Shown here piece after piece: positions 1 to 9,735 of a stretch of 64,000 bases of DNA; positions within the stretch are counted from its first letter, which is position 1; each line of letters opens with the position of its first letter. The notes beneath the pieces were generated by a model. The model saw only the letters and a list, made by a program, of their open reading frames with translations, was not told the origin of the DNA and did not search any database. Source of the stretch: a virus; IMG/VR virus record IMGVR_UViG_3300034101_003866, positions 32,001 to 96,000 of that record, one strand, 5' to 3'. The position numbers were made by a program, and so were the translations under genes.

Positions 1-1
1 A

Positions 2-499
2 GGACATGGTATAGGATATTTTGACAGAGCATCAGAGAAGGAGAATCTGCTAAATGAAAATAATATATCTAATTTAGATAGTAAATTTATTTATGCTAAT
101 TTTAATGTTAATACCAATTATAGTCATAGATCAATAGTTAAACAATATTGTATACAATCGTCTTTTATTAATTGGCAAGAACCTAATTTAACTCTGTCAG
201 ATTTTTTTAATACAATACGAGATTATAAGATGGTAGTTTGTCCAGCAGGAAATGGTATAGATACACACAGATTATGGGAAGTTTTATACAGTAATAGGGT
301 GCCAATTACCCTAGTTACTGGAGACTTTAAGATATATGAACTATATAAAAAATTACCAATAATTCTATTAAATCATATTGATCAATTGCTTGATAAAAAT
401 TTTATAACACAAGAATATAATAGGTGTTTGTCTCAGAACTGGGATAAATCATTATTAGATGTAAACTCATGGATTAAAATTATTCAAAATAAAGACTAA
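2..499 (+). CDS. Exostosin/GT47-like glycosyltransferase, 5'-partial
   Basis: Frame of ORF 230..499 is open back to base 2 (GHGIGYFDRA...YANFNVNTN); the motif VCPAGNGIDTHRLWEVLY..RVPI is typical of exostosin-like C-terminal domains. Confidence 0.7.
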   Translation, partial: GHGIGYFDRASEKENLLNENNISNLDSKFIYANFNVNTNYSHRSIVKQYCIQSSFINWQEPNLTLSDFFNTIRDYKMVVCPAGNGIDTHRLWEVLYSNRVPITLVTGDFKIYELYKKLPIILLNHIDQLLDKNFITQEYNRCLSQNWDKSLLDVNSWIKIIQNKD

Positions 500-503
500 C
501 ATT

Positions 504-1349
504 ATGAGTAAAAATATATTAATATTAGGTAATGGGTTTATTGGTAAGAACCTATACGCATATTTTGTTTCTAAATATAATACAACTGTTACTAGTAAAA
601 AAGATGTAGATATCACAAAAATCGAAACTGTTAGAAACTATCTGTCTGATAAAAATTTTGATTATGTTATTTACTCTATCGGAATAAAAGATATTGCTGA
701 ATGTGAGAAATATCCAGATAAAGCATATGCTATTAACTCTAACGGTGTTGCTAATGTTATCAAATCTCTAAATAAAGATACCAAATTTATTTATATATCT
801 ACAGACTATGTATTTGATGGTAACGCAGGAGGATATTCAGAAAACTCTGTATCTCTACCGTCAACCACTTACGGACAATCCAAACTAATAGGAGAACAAC
901 ACTCACTCCAGCACAATAACTCTATTGTTGTTAGAACATCCGGAGTATATGGAGAAAATTGTCTTTGGCTTAAAAACTTATTAATTTCTTTGTCAGAGAA
1001 GAAAGAAACTGTATGTTTTTCTGATGTATATAATACTCCAACATATGCTATCAATTTAGCAGAAATGATTGACGATATTATTAATATTAATTTTGTAGGA
1101 GTTATCCATTTAAGCGGGAATACAAGAAATAATAGATATGAACTATACTCATCTGTGGCTACTATATTTGAGAGGGATCTTTCTCTTTTGTCTAGCGGAC
1201 TATCAGACGGAAAATTTCCTAAAGATATTTCATTAAATAATAATTTGTATAAACAAATAACTAAAAAAATACCAGATTCTGTAACTAGCGGACTAACAAG
1301 ACTAAAAAATGAACATCAATATATTGATCCCGTCAACTTCATCAATTAA
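504..1349 (+). CDS. rmlD: dTDP-4-dehydrorhamnose reductase (extended SDR)
   Basis: ILILGNGFIG Rossmann motif, YISTDYVFDG, YGQSK catalytic YxxxK, VVRTSGVYG, TPTY. Confidence 0.9.
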   Translation: MSKNILILGNGFIGKNLYAYFVSKYNTTVTSKKDVDITKIETVRNYLSDKNFDYVIYSIGIKDIAECEKYPDKAYAINSNGVANVIKSLNKDTKFIYISTDYVFDGNAGGYSENSVSLPSTTYGQSKLIGEQHSLQHNNSIVVRTSGVYGENCLWLKNLLISLSEKKETVCFSDVYNTPTYAINLAEMIDDIININFVGVIHLSGNTRNNRYELYSSVATIFERDLSLLSSGLSDGKFPKDISLNNNLYKQITKKIPDSVTSGLTRLKNEHQYIDPVNFIN

Positions 1350-2202
1350 TACTATTAATAATGGAGCAAATGTTCAAGGGGATGAACTAGTTGCTCGATC
1401 CTGGGCAAAATATCTACAAAAAGATACAAGAGTTTCTAATGTAGATATTAATGGATTTGGCATATATGATATTTCTATATCCTTTAGTCCATTAGTAAAC
1501 CAACAAATGACAGGATATAAAGTACTATATCTACAAAATGTTTTTCCAAAACCCGCTTGGCCCGGCACTATTGAAGTTTATCATCAAATAAAAAATAACT
1601 ATGATGGTTTTATATTTCCGTCTGAAGGACTAATGAACAACTGTGGCGAAGGGCTTGTGTGTCAATTTGCTGTTGATCCTGATTTATTTTTTCCTAAATC
1701 TATAAATGATAATTTATCTCATAACTTGTGTTTTGTAGGAAATAATATTAGAGATCAACAAACATCAGAAAAATATTTATTATGTGCTAAAGATAAAGGA
1801 TTGGCTATATATGGTAATCCAGCAGGATGGAACTCTCCACTATGTAAAGGAAAGATAAGCATAGATGATGAAGCCACATTATACTCTTCTTCAAAAATAT
1901 GTTTAAATGCTCATCTTACTGAACACCTAGATTATGGTTCATATAATTTCCGTATATTTAATATTCTAGCATGTAAAGGTTTTATTATTTCTGACAGATC
2001 TAAATTCTTAGAAACAGAATTTAATGACTGTATGGAATTTACAGACGGAAATGATGATCTTCTTTCAAAGATTGATTATTACTTAAATAATCCAGAAGAG
2101 ACAAATAAATATAGAGAATATGGCTATAATTATATTTTATCTAAACATACTTTCAAACACAGAATGTCAGATCTATTAAACTGGCTAGGAACAAAATTAT
2201 GA
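1309..2202 (+). CDS. CgeB-like GT-B glycosyltransferase
   Basis: FAVDP..F.P, LCFVGN, YSSSKICLN, NFRIFNILACKGFIISD, HTFKHR. Confidence 0.75.
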   Translation: MNINILIPSTSSINTINNGANVQGDELVARSWAKYLQKDTRVSNVDINGFGIYDISISFSPLVNQQMTGYKVLYLQNVFPKPAWPGTIEVYHQIKNNYDGFIFPSEGLMNNCGEGLVCQFAVDPDLFFPKSINDNLSHNLCFVGNNIRDQQTSEKYLLCAKDKGLAIYGNPAGWNSPLCKGKISIDDEATLYSSSKICLNAHLTEHLDYGSYNFRIFNILACKGFIISDRSKFLETEFNDCMEFTDGNDDLLSKIDYYLNNPEETNKYREYGYNYILSKHTFKHRMSDLLNWLGTKL

Positions 2203-3578
2203 AAATATTATTTGCAAATATACCAAATGTAAAATATGTTAATGGACAGATCCATACTGGGCCAAATGCAGGATCACGATGGCCTTGGACTAATCCCGGA
2301 GGACATTTTCATGGCTATGCACCTTTCCCATTTTGGCTAGGATATGCTGCAAAATATGTACAACATCATGGTTTTGAAACGTATTTTTATGATGGCGTTG
2401 CACTAAAACATGCTGATTTAGAAATTACTAAAAAAGTTATTTATGATTTAAAACCAGATATAATTTTTTATGATATATCTACTCCAACTTTTAAACTAAA
2501 TAACGATATAGCATTATGGTTTAAACAAAATATTGGATGTCGAAATGTATATTGTGGACCGCACATGAAAACCTATGCCAATGAATGTATAGAGTTAGAT
2601 CATGTCGATCATTGTATTGTTGGAGAATACGACATACCAGCATTAGACATTTGTCAAAAACTAGATAATGCTAAAGATATCTACAGATTTGAACATTTGT
2701 CAAATATCGATACTCTGCCCAATGGAGACAATTTTTTACCATATAGACCATTAGAATATATTCAAAATTATTATGAACCAACTATGAACACTCCAATGAT
2801 TCAATTAACTGTGAGTGCTTCTCGTGGATGTCCATTTAAATGTACATATTGTCAATGGCCAAATGTTATAAATAATGGTAAATACAGAGCAAGATCAGCA
2901 GAAATGGTTGTTGATGAAATCCAACAAATGAAAAATATTTTAGGAGATAATCTAAGAAGTATACTTTTTGATGATGATACATGGAATCTTGGACACAACA
3001 GAATATCCAAAATTTGTGATGGATTAAAGAATTTTAATATGCCGTGGACAATGATGGGTAGAATAGATACGAGTAAACCAGAGCTATATGATAAAATGGT
3101 GGATTCTGGTTGTGTTGGTATGAGATTTGGTATTGAAACATTTAATCAGGAACTATCTGATAATGTTAAAAAACATATGAATACTAAAACTGCTTATGAT
3201 AATCTAAAATATTTAGTTACTAGATTTTCAAATATGGAATTTCATTTTACTACCATGAAAAATTTTCCAGGAGAAAAAGCAGGATCATGGGCAAAAGATC
3301 AAGAAATACTCCAAGATCTTCAACGAATTGGTAGACAAAATAATAATACTGTTCATTGGCAAATTAGTGATTGCATACCCTTCCCTGGAACAGAATTATG
3401 GGAGGAACTAGTAGAACTCGGACACGGAGATACTCTTAAAGACTTTAGTTTATATGATGGTAGTCCAGAGCATAATGGAGCATTAGAAAAAACTGTAGGC
3501 TGGCTAGGAGAAAATTACAAACCTAAATATTCAGAATACTCTAAGGATGGAAGTCCAACAAACTTTCCAGAACATTAA
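2199..3578 (+). CDS. B12-binding radical SAM protein (HpnJ/class B methyltransferase-like)
   Basis: SRGCPFKCTYC CxxxCxxC, N-terminal cobalamin-binding-like region (PFPFWLGY, GPH, VGEYD), FDDDT, FGIET, PFPGTEL. Confidence 0.85.
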   Translation: MKILFANIPNVKYVNGQIHTGPNAGSRWPWTNPGGHFHGYAPFPFWLGYAAKYVQHHGFETYFYDGVALKHADLEITKKVIYDLKPDIIFYDISTPTFKLNNDIALWFKQNIGCRNVYCGPHMKTYANECIELDHVDHCIVGEYDIPALDICQKLDNAKDIYRFEHLSNIDTLPNGDNFLPYRPLEYIQNYYEPTMNTPMIQLTVSASRGCPFKCTYCQWPNVINNGKYRARSAEMVVDEIQQMKNILGDNLRSILFDDDTWNLGHNRISKICDGLKNFNMPWTMMGRIDTSKPELYDKMVDSGCVGMRFGIETFNQELSDNVKKHMNTKTAYDNLKYLVTRFSNMEFHFTTMKNFPGEKAGSWAKDQEILQDLQRIGRQNNNTVHWQISDCIPFPGTELWEELVELGHGDTLKDFSLYDGSPEHNGALEKTVGWLGENYKPKYSEYSKDGSPTNFPEH

Positions 3579-3580
3579 TC

Positions 3581-4210
3581 ATGAAAGGTCAAATAAATCT
3601 TGATACAAAATTAGGTCAGCATATATATAACATTATTAAAAATTATGATATTAAAACTATATTAGACATAGGAACATGGAATGGATACGGCAGTACAATG
3701 TGTTGCTTACAGTCTATCATAGATAACAATAAAAATTGTAACTTCATTTCAATAGAAGCTAACCATAAACAATTCTTGGAAGCACAAGTAAATCTGAAAA
3801 ACTATATCAAATATGTTCAATTATTTTATGGACGTATAACACATTTAAAGGATTTAGTTTCTTTAAATGATTATGATGAATCTTTTTTTACCTTATTCAG
3901 TAAAAATCTTCAAGAACAATGGTATCAAGTAGACGTAAACCAGCACACCACTGCTCCATATATATATGATACAATTATTTCTATAATGAATAATCATATA
4001 AATTTACTAATATCAGATGGTGGAGAATATTGTTCACATGGAGAATTTAATAAATTAAAAGATATTGTTGATTTTATTATTTTAGATGACACTAATACTA
4101 TTAAAAACTATAACACAGCAGAAATAATTAGAAAATCTCCAGATCAATACGAAATATTAGCAGATGATACTAATGAGAGAAATGGTTTTATGGTGTGTAG
4201 AAAAAAATGA
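3581..4210 (+). CDS. Class I SAM-dependent methyltransferase
   Basis: ILDIGTWNGYGST motif I, SIEAN, DGGEY, IILDD. Confidence 0.7.
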   Translation: MKGQINLDTKLGQHIYNIIKNYDIKTILDIGTWNGYGSTMCCLQSIIDNNKNCNFISIEANHKQFLEAQVNLKNYIKYVQLFYGRITHLKDLVSLNDYDESFFTLFSKNLQEQWYQVDVNQHTTAPYIYDTIISIMNNHINLLISDGGEYCSHGEFNKLKDIVDFIILDDTNTIKNYNTAEIIRKSPDQYEILADDTNERNGFMVCRKK

Positions 4211-4731
4211 ATCATACATTTATTTATAATAAATTAATTTCTGATATAATTTTAATTAAAACTCAAATTTATGAAGATAATCGAGGTACTCTTTATGAAA
4301 CTTATAATAAAGAGTTATTTACTAAAAATGGTATACCAGAGATAGTACAAGAAAAATGTTCACGTTCCGAACATAGAGTACTAAGAGGATTACACTATCA
4401 AAAAGATCCTTACGGACAAGGCAAAATAATTAGATGTAATAGAGGTAAAATTTTTGATGTTGCCGTTGATATTAGAGAAAATTCAACAACATATAAACAA
4501 TGGGTTTCATATGAATTATCAGAATCTAATAAAGATATGGTATATATACCACCAGGATTTGCTCATGGAATATTAGTGTTAAGCGAGGATGGTGCAGACT
4601 TTAGCTACTTTACAACAGAAAAACACTATCCAGAATATGAAACGGTAATAAAATATGATGATCCAACAATAAATATAGATTGGCCAATTAAAGATGTAAT
4701 TCTATCAAATAAGGACAAAGGAAACAAATGA
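4207..4731 (+). CDS. rmlC: dTDP-4-dehydrorhamnose 3,5-epimerase
   Basis: DNRG, VLRGLHYQ, GKIFDVAVDIR, YIPPGFAHG, DDPTINIDWP, LSNKD. Confidence 0.95.
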   Translation: MNHTFIYNKLISDIILIKTQIYEDNRGTLYETYNKELFTKNGIPEIVQEKCSRSEHRVLRGLHYQKDPYGQGKIIRCNRGKIFDVAVDIRENSTTYKQWVSYELSESNKDMVYIPPGFAHGILVLSEDGADFSYFTTEKHYPEYETVIKYDDPTINIDWPIKDVILSNKDKGNK

Positions 4732-5465
4732 AAAATTATAGATGTTCTTCTTTTTGTTCTTTATATAAAGGAGAAAAATTTGTTCAAGGATATATAGAAG
4801 ACATGTTGAAACAGTCTATTTTTAATGATATTGAATTTATCTTTTTAGACTGTGCTTCTCCAGAAAATGAAAAAGACTTTATTTTACCATTAACTGAAGA
4901 ATATTCAAATATAAAGTATCATAGACTAGATAGCGATCCTGGTTTATATGCAGCATGGAATATGGCTATTAAAATGTGCTCATCAAATTTAATAGGAAAC
5001 TGGAATATTGACGATAGAAAAAATATAAATAGTTTTGAAATACTGGTTAAGTGTTTTGATAGAGATCCAGATTTAGACGTAGCATACGGACTAACATACG
5101 TATCAACAATCGCTAATGAAAAATATGAAAATAATGATTACTCTAATTTTTATCCGTGCTTACCTCATTCGTTAAAAAACTTATTAATGAATAACAGTCC
5201 TCATTGTATGCCGTTATGGAAAAAGAATTTACATGATAGATTTGGATACTTTGACGAATCGTATAAGACGGCTTCTGATGGAGATATGTGGTTGCGTTCC
5301 TGCGTCGGAGGTGCTAAGATACAGTTGGTCAATCACCCTGTTGGCTTGTACTACCACAACCCAAAGGGTAGATCGACTGATCAAAAAACGTTGTTGGAGA
5401 TGGTTGCTGAAGTTCAGCAAATGAGAAAAAAATACATACACTATTTGGAGAATGACAATGGATAG
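4728..5465 (+). CDS. GT2 family glycosyltransferase
   Basis: GLYAAWNMAI, NIDDR (DxD-like), FDESYKTASDGDMWLR. Confidence 0.85.
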   Translation: MKNYRCSSFCSLYKGEKFVQGYIEDMLKQSIFNDIEFIFLDCASPENEKDFILPLTEEYSNIKYHRLDSDPGLYAAWNMAIKMCSSNLIGNWNIDDRKNINSFEILVKCFDRDPDLDVAYGLTYVSTIANEKYENNDYSNFYPCLPHSLKNLLMNNSPHCMPLWKKNLHDRFGYFDESYKTASDGDMWLRSCVGGAKIQLVNHPVGLYYHNPKGRSTDQKTLLEMVAEVQQMRKKYIHYLENDNG

Positions 5466-5601
5466 TTTTATTATTTTGTGTTTGGCAATATCCCTAATTG
5501 GCGGAATAATTTCTGGGATCAAAGAAATGACAGATAGATCAGGCTATTCTGTTAAATCATCAAAAAATATATTTACATTTCTGTTTTGCGATAAATATTA
5601 A
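5458..5601 (+). CDS. Small membrane protein, 47 aa (not in ORF track)
   Basis: MDSFIILCLAISLIGGIISGIKEM...CDKY*; fills the gap, and its TAA overlaps the next ATG (TAATG). Confidence 0.6.
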   Translation: MDSFIILCLAISLIGGIISGIKEMTDRSGYSVKSSKNIFTFLFCDKY

Positions 5602-6131
5602 TGGAAAGACTAAAAAATCAAAGAGTATATCTTGCTGGAGCAATGGATAGGGTTCCAGATAGAGGTTCAACATGGAGAGATAATATTACTCCATTTCTTA
5701 ATGAGCTTGGTATAGTAGTGTTTAATCCTATTAGTAAACCAACAGATATAGGATTAGAAGATAAAGACACTCATGCTATAAAAACCAAGCTGAAAGAAAA
5801 AGCACGATACGACGAATTAACTGCCATGATGAAAACTATTCGTTCTGTTGACTTGAGGCTTGTTGATATTAGTGATTTTTTGATAGTTAATTTAGACCTT
5901 AATACTCATCCGTGTGGAACTCTTGAAGAAATTTTCTGGGCTAATCGTCAAAAAAAACCAATAATTATTCATATGGTTCAAGGAAAGAATCATACGCCAG
6001 ATTGGTTATTTGGAACAATACCTCACCAGATGATATTCTCTACATGGGATGAAATTAAAAGTTATTTACAACACATTAATACTTCTGAAAATATAGATTC
6101 TCATAAAAGATGGTATTTCTTTTCGGTGTAA
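5601..6131 (+). CDS. Nucleoside 2-deoxyribosyltransferase-like / nucleotide N-glycosidase
   Basis: VYLAG, VFNP, DLRLVDISDFLIV, GTLEE (catalytic Glu), KKPII. Confidence 0.8.
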   Translation: MERLKNQRVYLAGAMDRVPDRGSTWRDNITPFLNELGIVVFNPISKPTDIGLEDKDTHAIKTKLKEKARYDELTAMMKTIRSVDLRLVDISDFLIVNLDLNTHPCGTLEEIFWANRQKKPIIIHMVQGKNHTPDWLFGTIPHQMIFSTWDEIKSYLQHINTSENIDSHKRWYFFSV

Positions 6132-6132
6132 A

Positions 6133-6336
6133 ATGCCCAAATATTATGTTAAATCTGGTCAAATAAAATTTATTGTAGATTGCACCGATCATATATGCGC
6201 TATATTAGCAGCGTTATCTCACTATAAGGGAAAAGGTATTGTGACTGGGCCAAAAATTTGTGTTAGTGAACAAGGATTTGAAGATTTTAAAAAATGGAAA
6301 TGCTATGATACTGATAAGTATCTAAAGGGAATATAA
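6133..6336 (+). CDS. Hypothetical protein
   Basis: 67-aa ORF tightly coupled to both neighbours. Confidence 0.6.
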   Translation: MPKYYVKSGQIKFIVDCTDHICAILAALSHYKGKGIVTGPKICVSEQGFEDFKKWKCYDTDKYLKGI

Positions 6337-7463
6337 TGCAAAAAATTATAAATGAAATTAAATTAGATTTTGATGATGTTCTAATCAGACCTAAAAGATC
6401 AACACTCAATAGTCGATCAGAAGTTTGTATTCAAAGAGAATTTAAGTTCAAATATTCTCCACGAAAATTACTAGCAGTTCCCGTCATGGTTGCGAATATG
6501 GATACTGTTGGAACTTTTGAGATGGCAAAATCATTAGGAAAAAATCAAGCCATAGTATGTTTGCACAAACACTATAAGATTAATGAATATGTTGCTTTCT
6601 ATACTGATCCTAGTATTTTAAATAAAAATCTTGCATTTTATTCTATTGGAACTAGCCAAAAAGACACAGAAAAACTAATTGAAGTATTCAATCAAATTAA
6701 AAAATTTAATTACCCTACCCCTAATATCTGCTTAGATGTTGCAAATGGGTATACAGAACAGTTTGTTAAAATTGCTCGTAAAATAAGAAATTTATATCCA
6801 GAATCAGTTATCATGGCCGGTAATGTTGTAACCCCAGAAATGACAGAAGAATTAATCATTCATGGTCAGGTTGACATAGTAAAGGTTGGTATAGGATCGG
6901 GCAGTGTTTGTACTACTCGTTTAAAAACTGGCGTAGGATACCCTCAGTTGAGTGCGGTGATGGAATGTACGGACGCTGCTCATGGCCTTGGTGGACACGT
7001 TTGCTCAGACGGTGGGTGTAAAGTGGTGGGGGATGTTTGCAAAGCATTTGGTGCAAATAGTGATTTTGTTATGTTAGGAAGCATATTTGCTGGCACAGAC
7101 GAGTGTGAAGGAGAATGGAAATACGAATATTTAATTGAGGCAGGATCATCTGCTCCTGGATTTTGGCAGCCAATAGATCCAGAAAATAATAGCATAAAAA
7201 GAAAAATATCTTTGCAATACTATGGAATGAGTAGTTCCAAAGCTATGGATAAGCACCATAATGGCGTTGCAGATTATAGAACAGCAGAAGGTAAGTGCGT
7301 TACTGTTCCATATAAAGGAATAGCAGAAGAAGTACTTCAAGATATTTATGGAGGAATACGAAGTGCTTGTACTTACATAGGCGCTAGTAAAATAAAAGAT
7401 TTTGGCAAAAAAACAACATTTATACAAGTCAACAATACCCATAATAAGATATATGAAAAATGA
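6336..7463 (+). CDS. guaC: GMP reductase (type 1)
   Basis: KLDFDDVLIRPKRSTL.SRSEV, ANMDTVGTFEMA, CLDVANGY, KVGIGSGSVCTTR, YYGMSS, YRTAEGK, GGIRSACTY. Confidence 0.95.
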   Translation: MQKIINEIKLDFDDVLIRPKRSTLNSRSEVCIQREFKFKYSPRKLLAVPVMVANMDTVGTFEMAKSLGKNQAIVCLHKHYKINEYVAFYTDPSILNKNLAFYSIGTSQKDTEKLIEVFNQIKKFNYPTPNICLDVANGYTEQFVKIARKIRNLYPESVIMAGNVVTPEMTEELIIHGQVDIVKVGIGSGSVCTTRLKTGVGYPQLSAVMECTDAAHGLGGHVCSDGGCKVVGDVCKAFGANSDFVMLGSIFAGTDECEGEWKYEYLIEAGSSAPGFWQPIDPENNSIKRKISLQYYGMSSSKAMDKHHNGVADYRTAEGKCVTVPYKGIAEEVLQDIYGGIRSACTYIGASKIKDFGKKTTFIQVNNTHNKIYEK

Positions 7464-8518
7464 AAATCAATTATTCAAGTCCAGTTAATAACACAGGTTA
7501 CGGATTAGCCTCGGTCAACATTTTACGAGAACTATCGAAGATAGCAGATGTAACTTACTATCCAATAGGGCAACCATCAGTTAATAATCAAAATGATCAT
7601 GACTTTATACTTTCTTTATTAAAGAAGAGGATGAGTCCTGATATTAATGCTGTTAATTTTAAGATCTGGCATCAATTTGATTTACTAGATCATATTGGAC
7701 GAGGAAAATATATTGCCTATCCATTTTTTGAGTTGGATACATTTAATGAATATGAAAAAATTAATTTGAAAGTTCCAGACAGCATATGTGTTAGTAGCAA
7801 ATGGGGTCAGGAAGTTCTACTTAAGAATGGAATAGATTCTGAATCATTCGTGGTGCCATTAGGTGTTAATAGAAATATTTTTAATAATACTATCAAAAGA
7901 ACTAGATCAGATGATAAATATGTTTTTCTAAATATAGGCAAATGGGAAGTTCGTAAAGGACACGATATTTTATTCTCATTATTTAATGAGGCTTTTCCAG
8001 ATCAAAAAGATGTTGAACTATGGATATTAGCATCAGAAAAAACCAATTCATATTCATCTGCTGATGAGCTAAAACAATGGAAAAATATGTATGGTTCAGA
8101 TAGAGTGAAATTATTTGATGGATTTGAAACTCAAGAAGAAATAGCCCAATTAATAGCAGATACTGATTGTGGATTATATCCATCAAGAGCAGAAGGGTGG
8201 AATTTGGAACTATTAGAAACCATGAGTATGGGAAAACCGGCCATAGCGACCAACTATTCTGCACACACAGAGTTTTGCACACAGGATAACTGTTATTTGG
8301 TCAATATTGACGAGACAGAAAAAGCTTTTGACGGAAAAGCATTTCAAGGTCAGGGGAATTGGGCCAAATTAGGCAATAATCAGATAGAAAATATTATTGA
8401 GCATATGAGATATGTTTATAATAATAAAATAAATACTAATCTGAATGGAATAGAAACGGCCAAAAAGTATTCTTGGGAGAATGCTGCTCAACAACTTGTG
8501 AGGTGTATTTCTAAGTAG
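7460..8518 (+). CDS. GT4 family glycosyltransferase
   Basis: NTGYG, NIGKWEVRKG, PSRAEGWNLELLE (EX7E), YSWE. Confidence 0.9.
   Translation: MKINYSSPVNNTGYGLASVNILRELSKIADVTYYPIGQPSVNNQNDHDFILSLLKKRMSPDINAVNFKIWHQFDLLDHIGRGKYIAYPFFELDTFNEYEKINLKVPDSICVSSKWGQEVLLKNGIDSESFVVPLGVNRNIFNNTIKRTRSDDKYVFLNIGKWEVRKGHDILFSLFNEAFPDQKDVELWILASEKTNSYSSADELKQWKNMYGSDRVKLFDGFETQEEIAQLIADTDCGLYPSRAEGWNLELLETMSMGKPAIATNYSAHTEFCTQDNCYLVNIDETEKAFDGKAFQGQGNWAKLGNNQIENIIEHMRYVYNNKINTNLNGIETAKKYSWENAAQQLVRCISK
8502..8517 (+). promoter_or_regulatory. GGTGTA-N6-AGTA, variant of the recurrent putative phage promoter
   Basis: GGTGTATTTCTAAGTA immediately before an AGGAG SD and ORF 8529. Confidence 0.45.
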
Positions 8519-8528
8519 GAGATACTAT

Positions 8529-9110
8529 ATGCCAATTCCATCACAAGATAAAGACGAAGACAAACAGAAATTTGTATCTCGTTGCATGGGCGACGAGACT
8601 ATGAAAAAGGACTATCCTGACTCAAAGCAGCGAGTTGCTATTTGCTTAGGACAAACAAAGAAAACTAAAAGTAGTTTTGTAGATCAAGTTTTTGAAATTT
8701 TAGGATTTATTACTTTTTTTGACTGCGGAGAGTGTAGTTCTTCAGAAGAATTAACTTCTTTAAACCTGATTGTTCCGAATAATGAGGATTATATCGAGAT
8801 ATCAGAAAATCCAGAAGATTATGATATTTCTCATATATTAGCTTCTGAATATCAAGGAAAAAAAGTAACACTAAACAAACCATTTAGAACTCCTGGAGGT
8901 CCTAAAAAATTTGCAGTATATGTAAAAAATAATAAAGGCAAAGTGGTTATCGTTCGTTTTGGAGACCCAAACCTATCCATAAAAAGAGATGATCCAAAAA
9001 GAAGAAAAAGTTTTAGAGCAAGACACAAGTGTGATCAGCAAAAAGACAAAACAACACCAGCATACTGGTCATGCTATCAATGGAGATCTAATAGTCCGGT
9101 TCAGGATTAA
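8529..9110 (+). CDS. Two-domain phage protein, possibly an internal head protein
   Basis: N-terminal MPIP..K.E.K..F.SRCM...QR.AIC module, acidic linker, and basic C-terminal EYQGKKVTLNKPFR...RFGDP...RRKSFRARH.C...YWSC module recalled from other large phages. Confidence 0.6.
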   Translation: MPIPSQDKDEDKQKFVSRCMGDETMKKDYPDSKQRVAICLGQTKKTKSSFVDQVFEILGFITFFDCGECSSSEELTSLNLIVPNNEDYIEISENPEDYDISHILASEYQGKKVTLNKPFRTPGGPKKFAVYVKNNKGKVVIVRFGDPNLSIKRDDPKRRKSFRARHKCDQQKDKTTPAYWSCYQWRSNSPVQD

Positions 9111-9131
9111 CAACCAATAAGGGTAAAATTA

Positions 9132-9731
9132 ATGATTAAATCAATCTCAGAACTATTGCAAGAACACGAGGACTCAATGGATACAAAAGAACAAACACAG
9201 GAAGAATATATAACCCAAGAAACTAAAACCCCAGAAGCTGAAATACAAGCACAAGAAGTTCCCGACTATACTTCTGATAGTGTTATTGAATTACTAAAAA
9301 AATCACTCAATATTCACTGGCAACAAACAACAGTATTAACAGCCCAAGCAGAACATCTTGAAAGATGGGGCTATACAAAATTAGCTGCCATTATCAAGGC
9401 CGATTCAAGAGAAGAACAAGAACATGCTTCTATTAATATTAAGAGACTCGAATTCTTTGATGCTGATTATCAGCCGCTGACAGTAAGTCCTCCATCATGG
9501 AAAAGACATGACATGGTAGCAATGCTTCAATACAATCTCGATTCTGTTAGAGAGGCTTCCTCTGTAGAAAGAGCAACAATAGTTGCAGCAAGAGCAGAAG
9601 GAGATGAGATAACAGCCAATATGATGATTCCATTACTACAGGGTAGTGAAGACGGCATTGAACTATACGAAGGATATCTAAAGATTATTGAACAGATGGG
9701 TCTGGACAATTTCCTAAGTATCCAGGTCTAA
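9132..9731 (+). CDS. Bacterioferritin-like protein with degenerate ferroxidase centre and acidic N-terminal extension
   Basis: Aligns by eye to Bfr (WGY.KL, EEQEHA, RLEF, GDEIT..MM, IEQMGLDNFL); most metal and heme ligands are substituted. Confidence 0.85.
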   Translation: MIKSISELLQEHEDSMDTKEQTQEEYITQETKTPEAEIQAQEVPDYTSDSVIELLKKSLNIHWQQTTVLTAQAEHLERWGYTKLAAIIKADSREEQEHASINIKRLEFFDADYQPLTVSPPSWKRHDMVAMLQYNLDSVREASSVERATIVAARAEGDEITANMMIPLLQGSEDGIELYEGYLKIIEQMGLDNFLSIQV

Positions 9732-9735
9732 ATAA

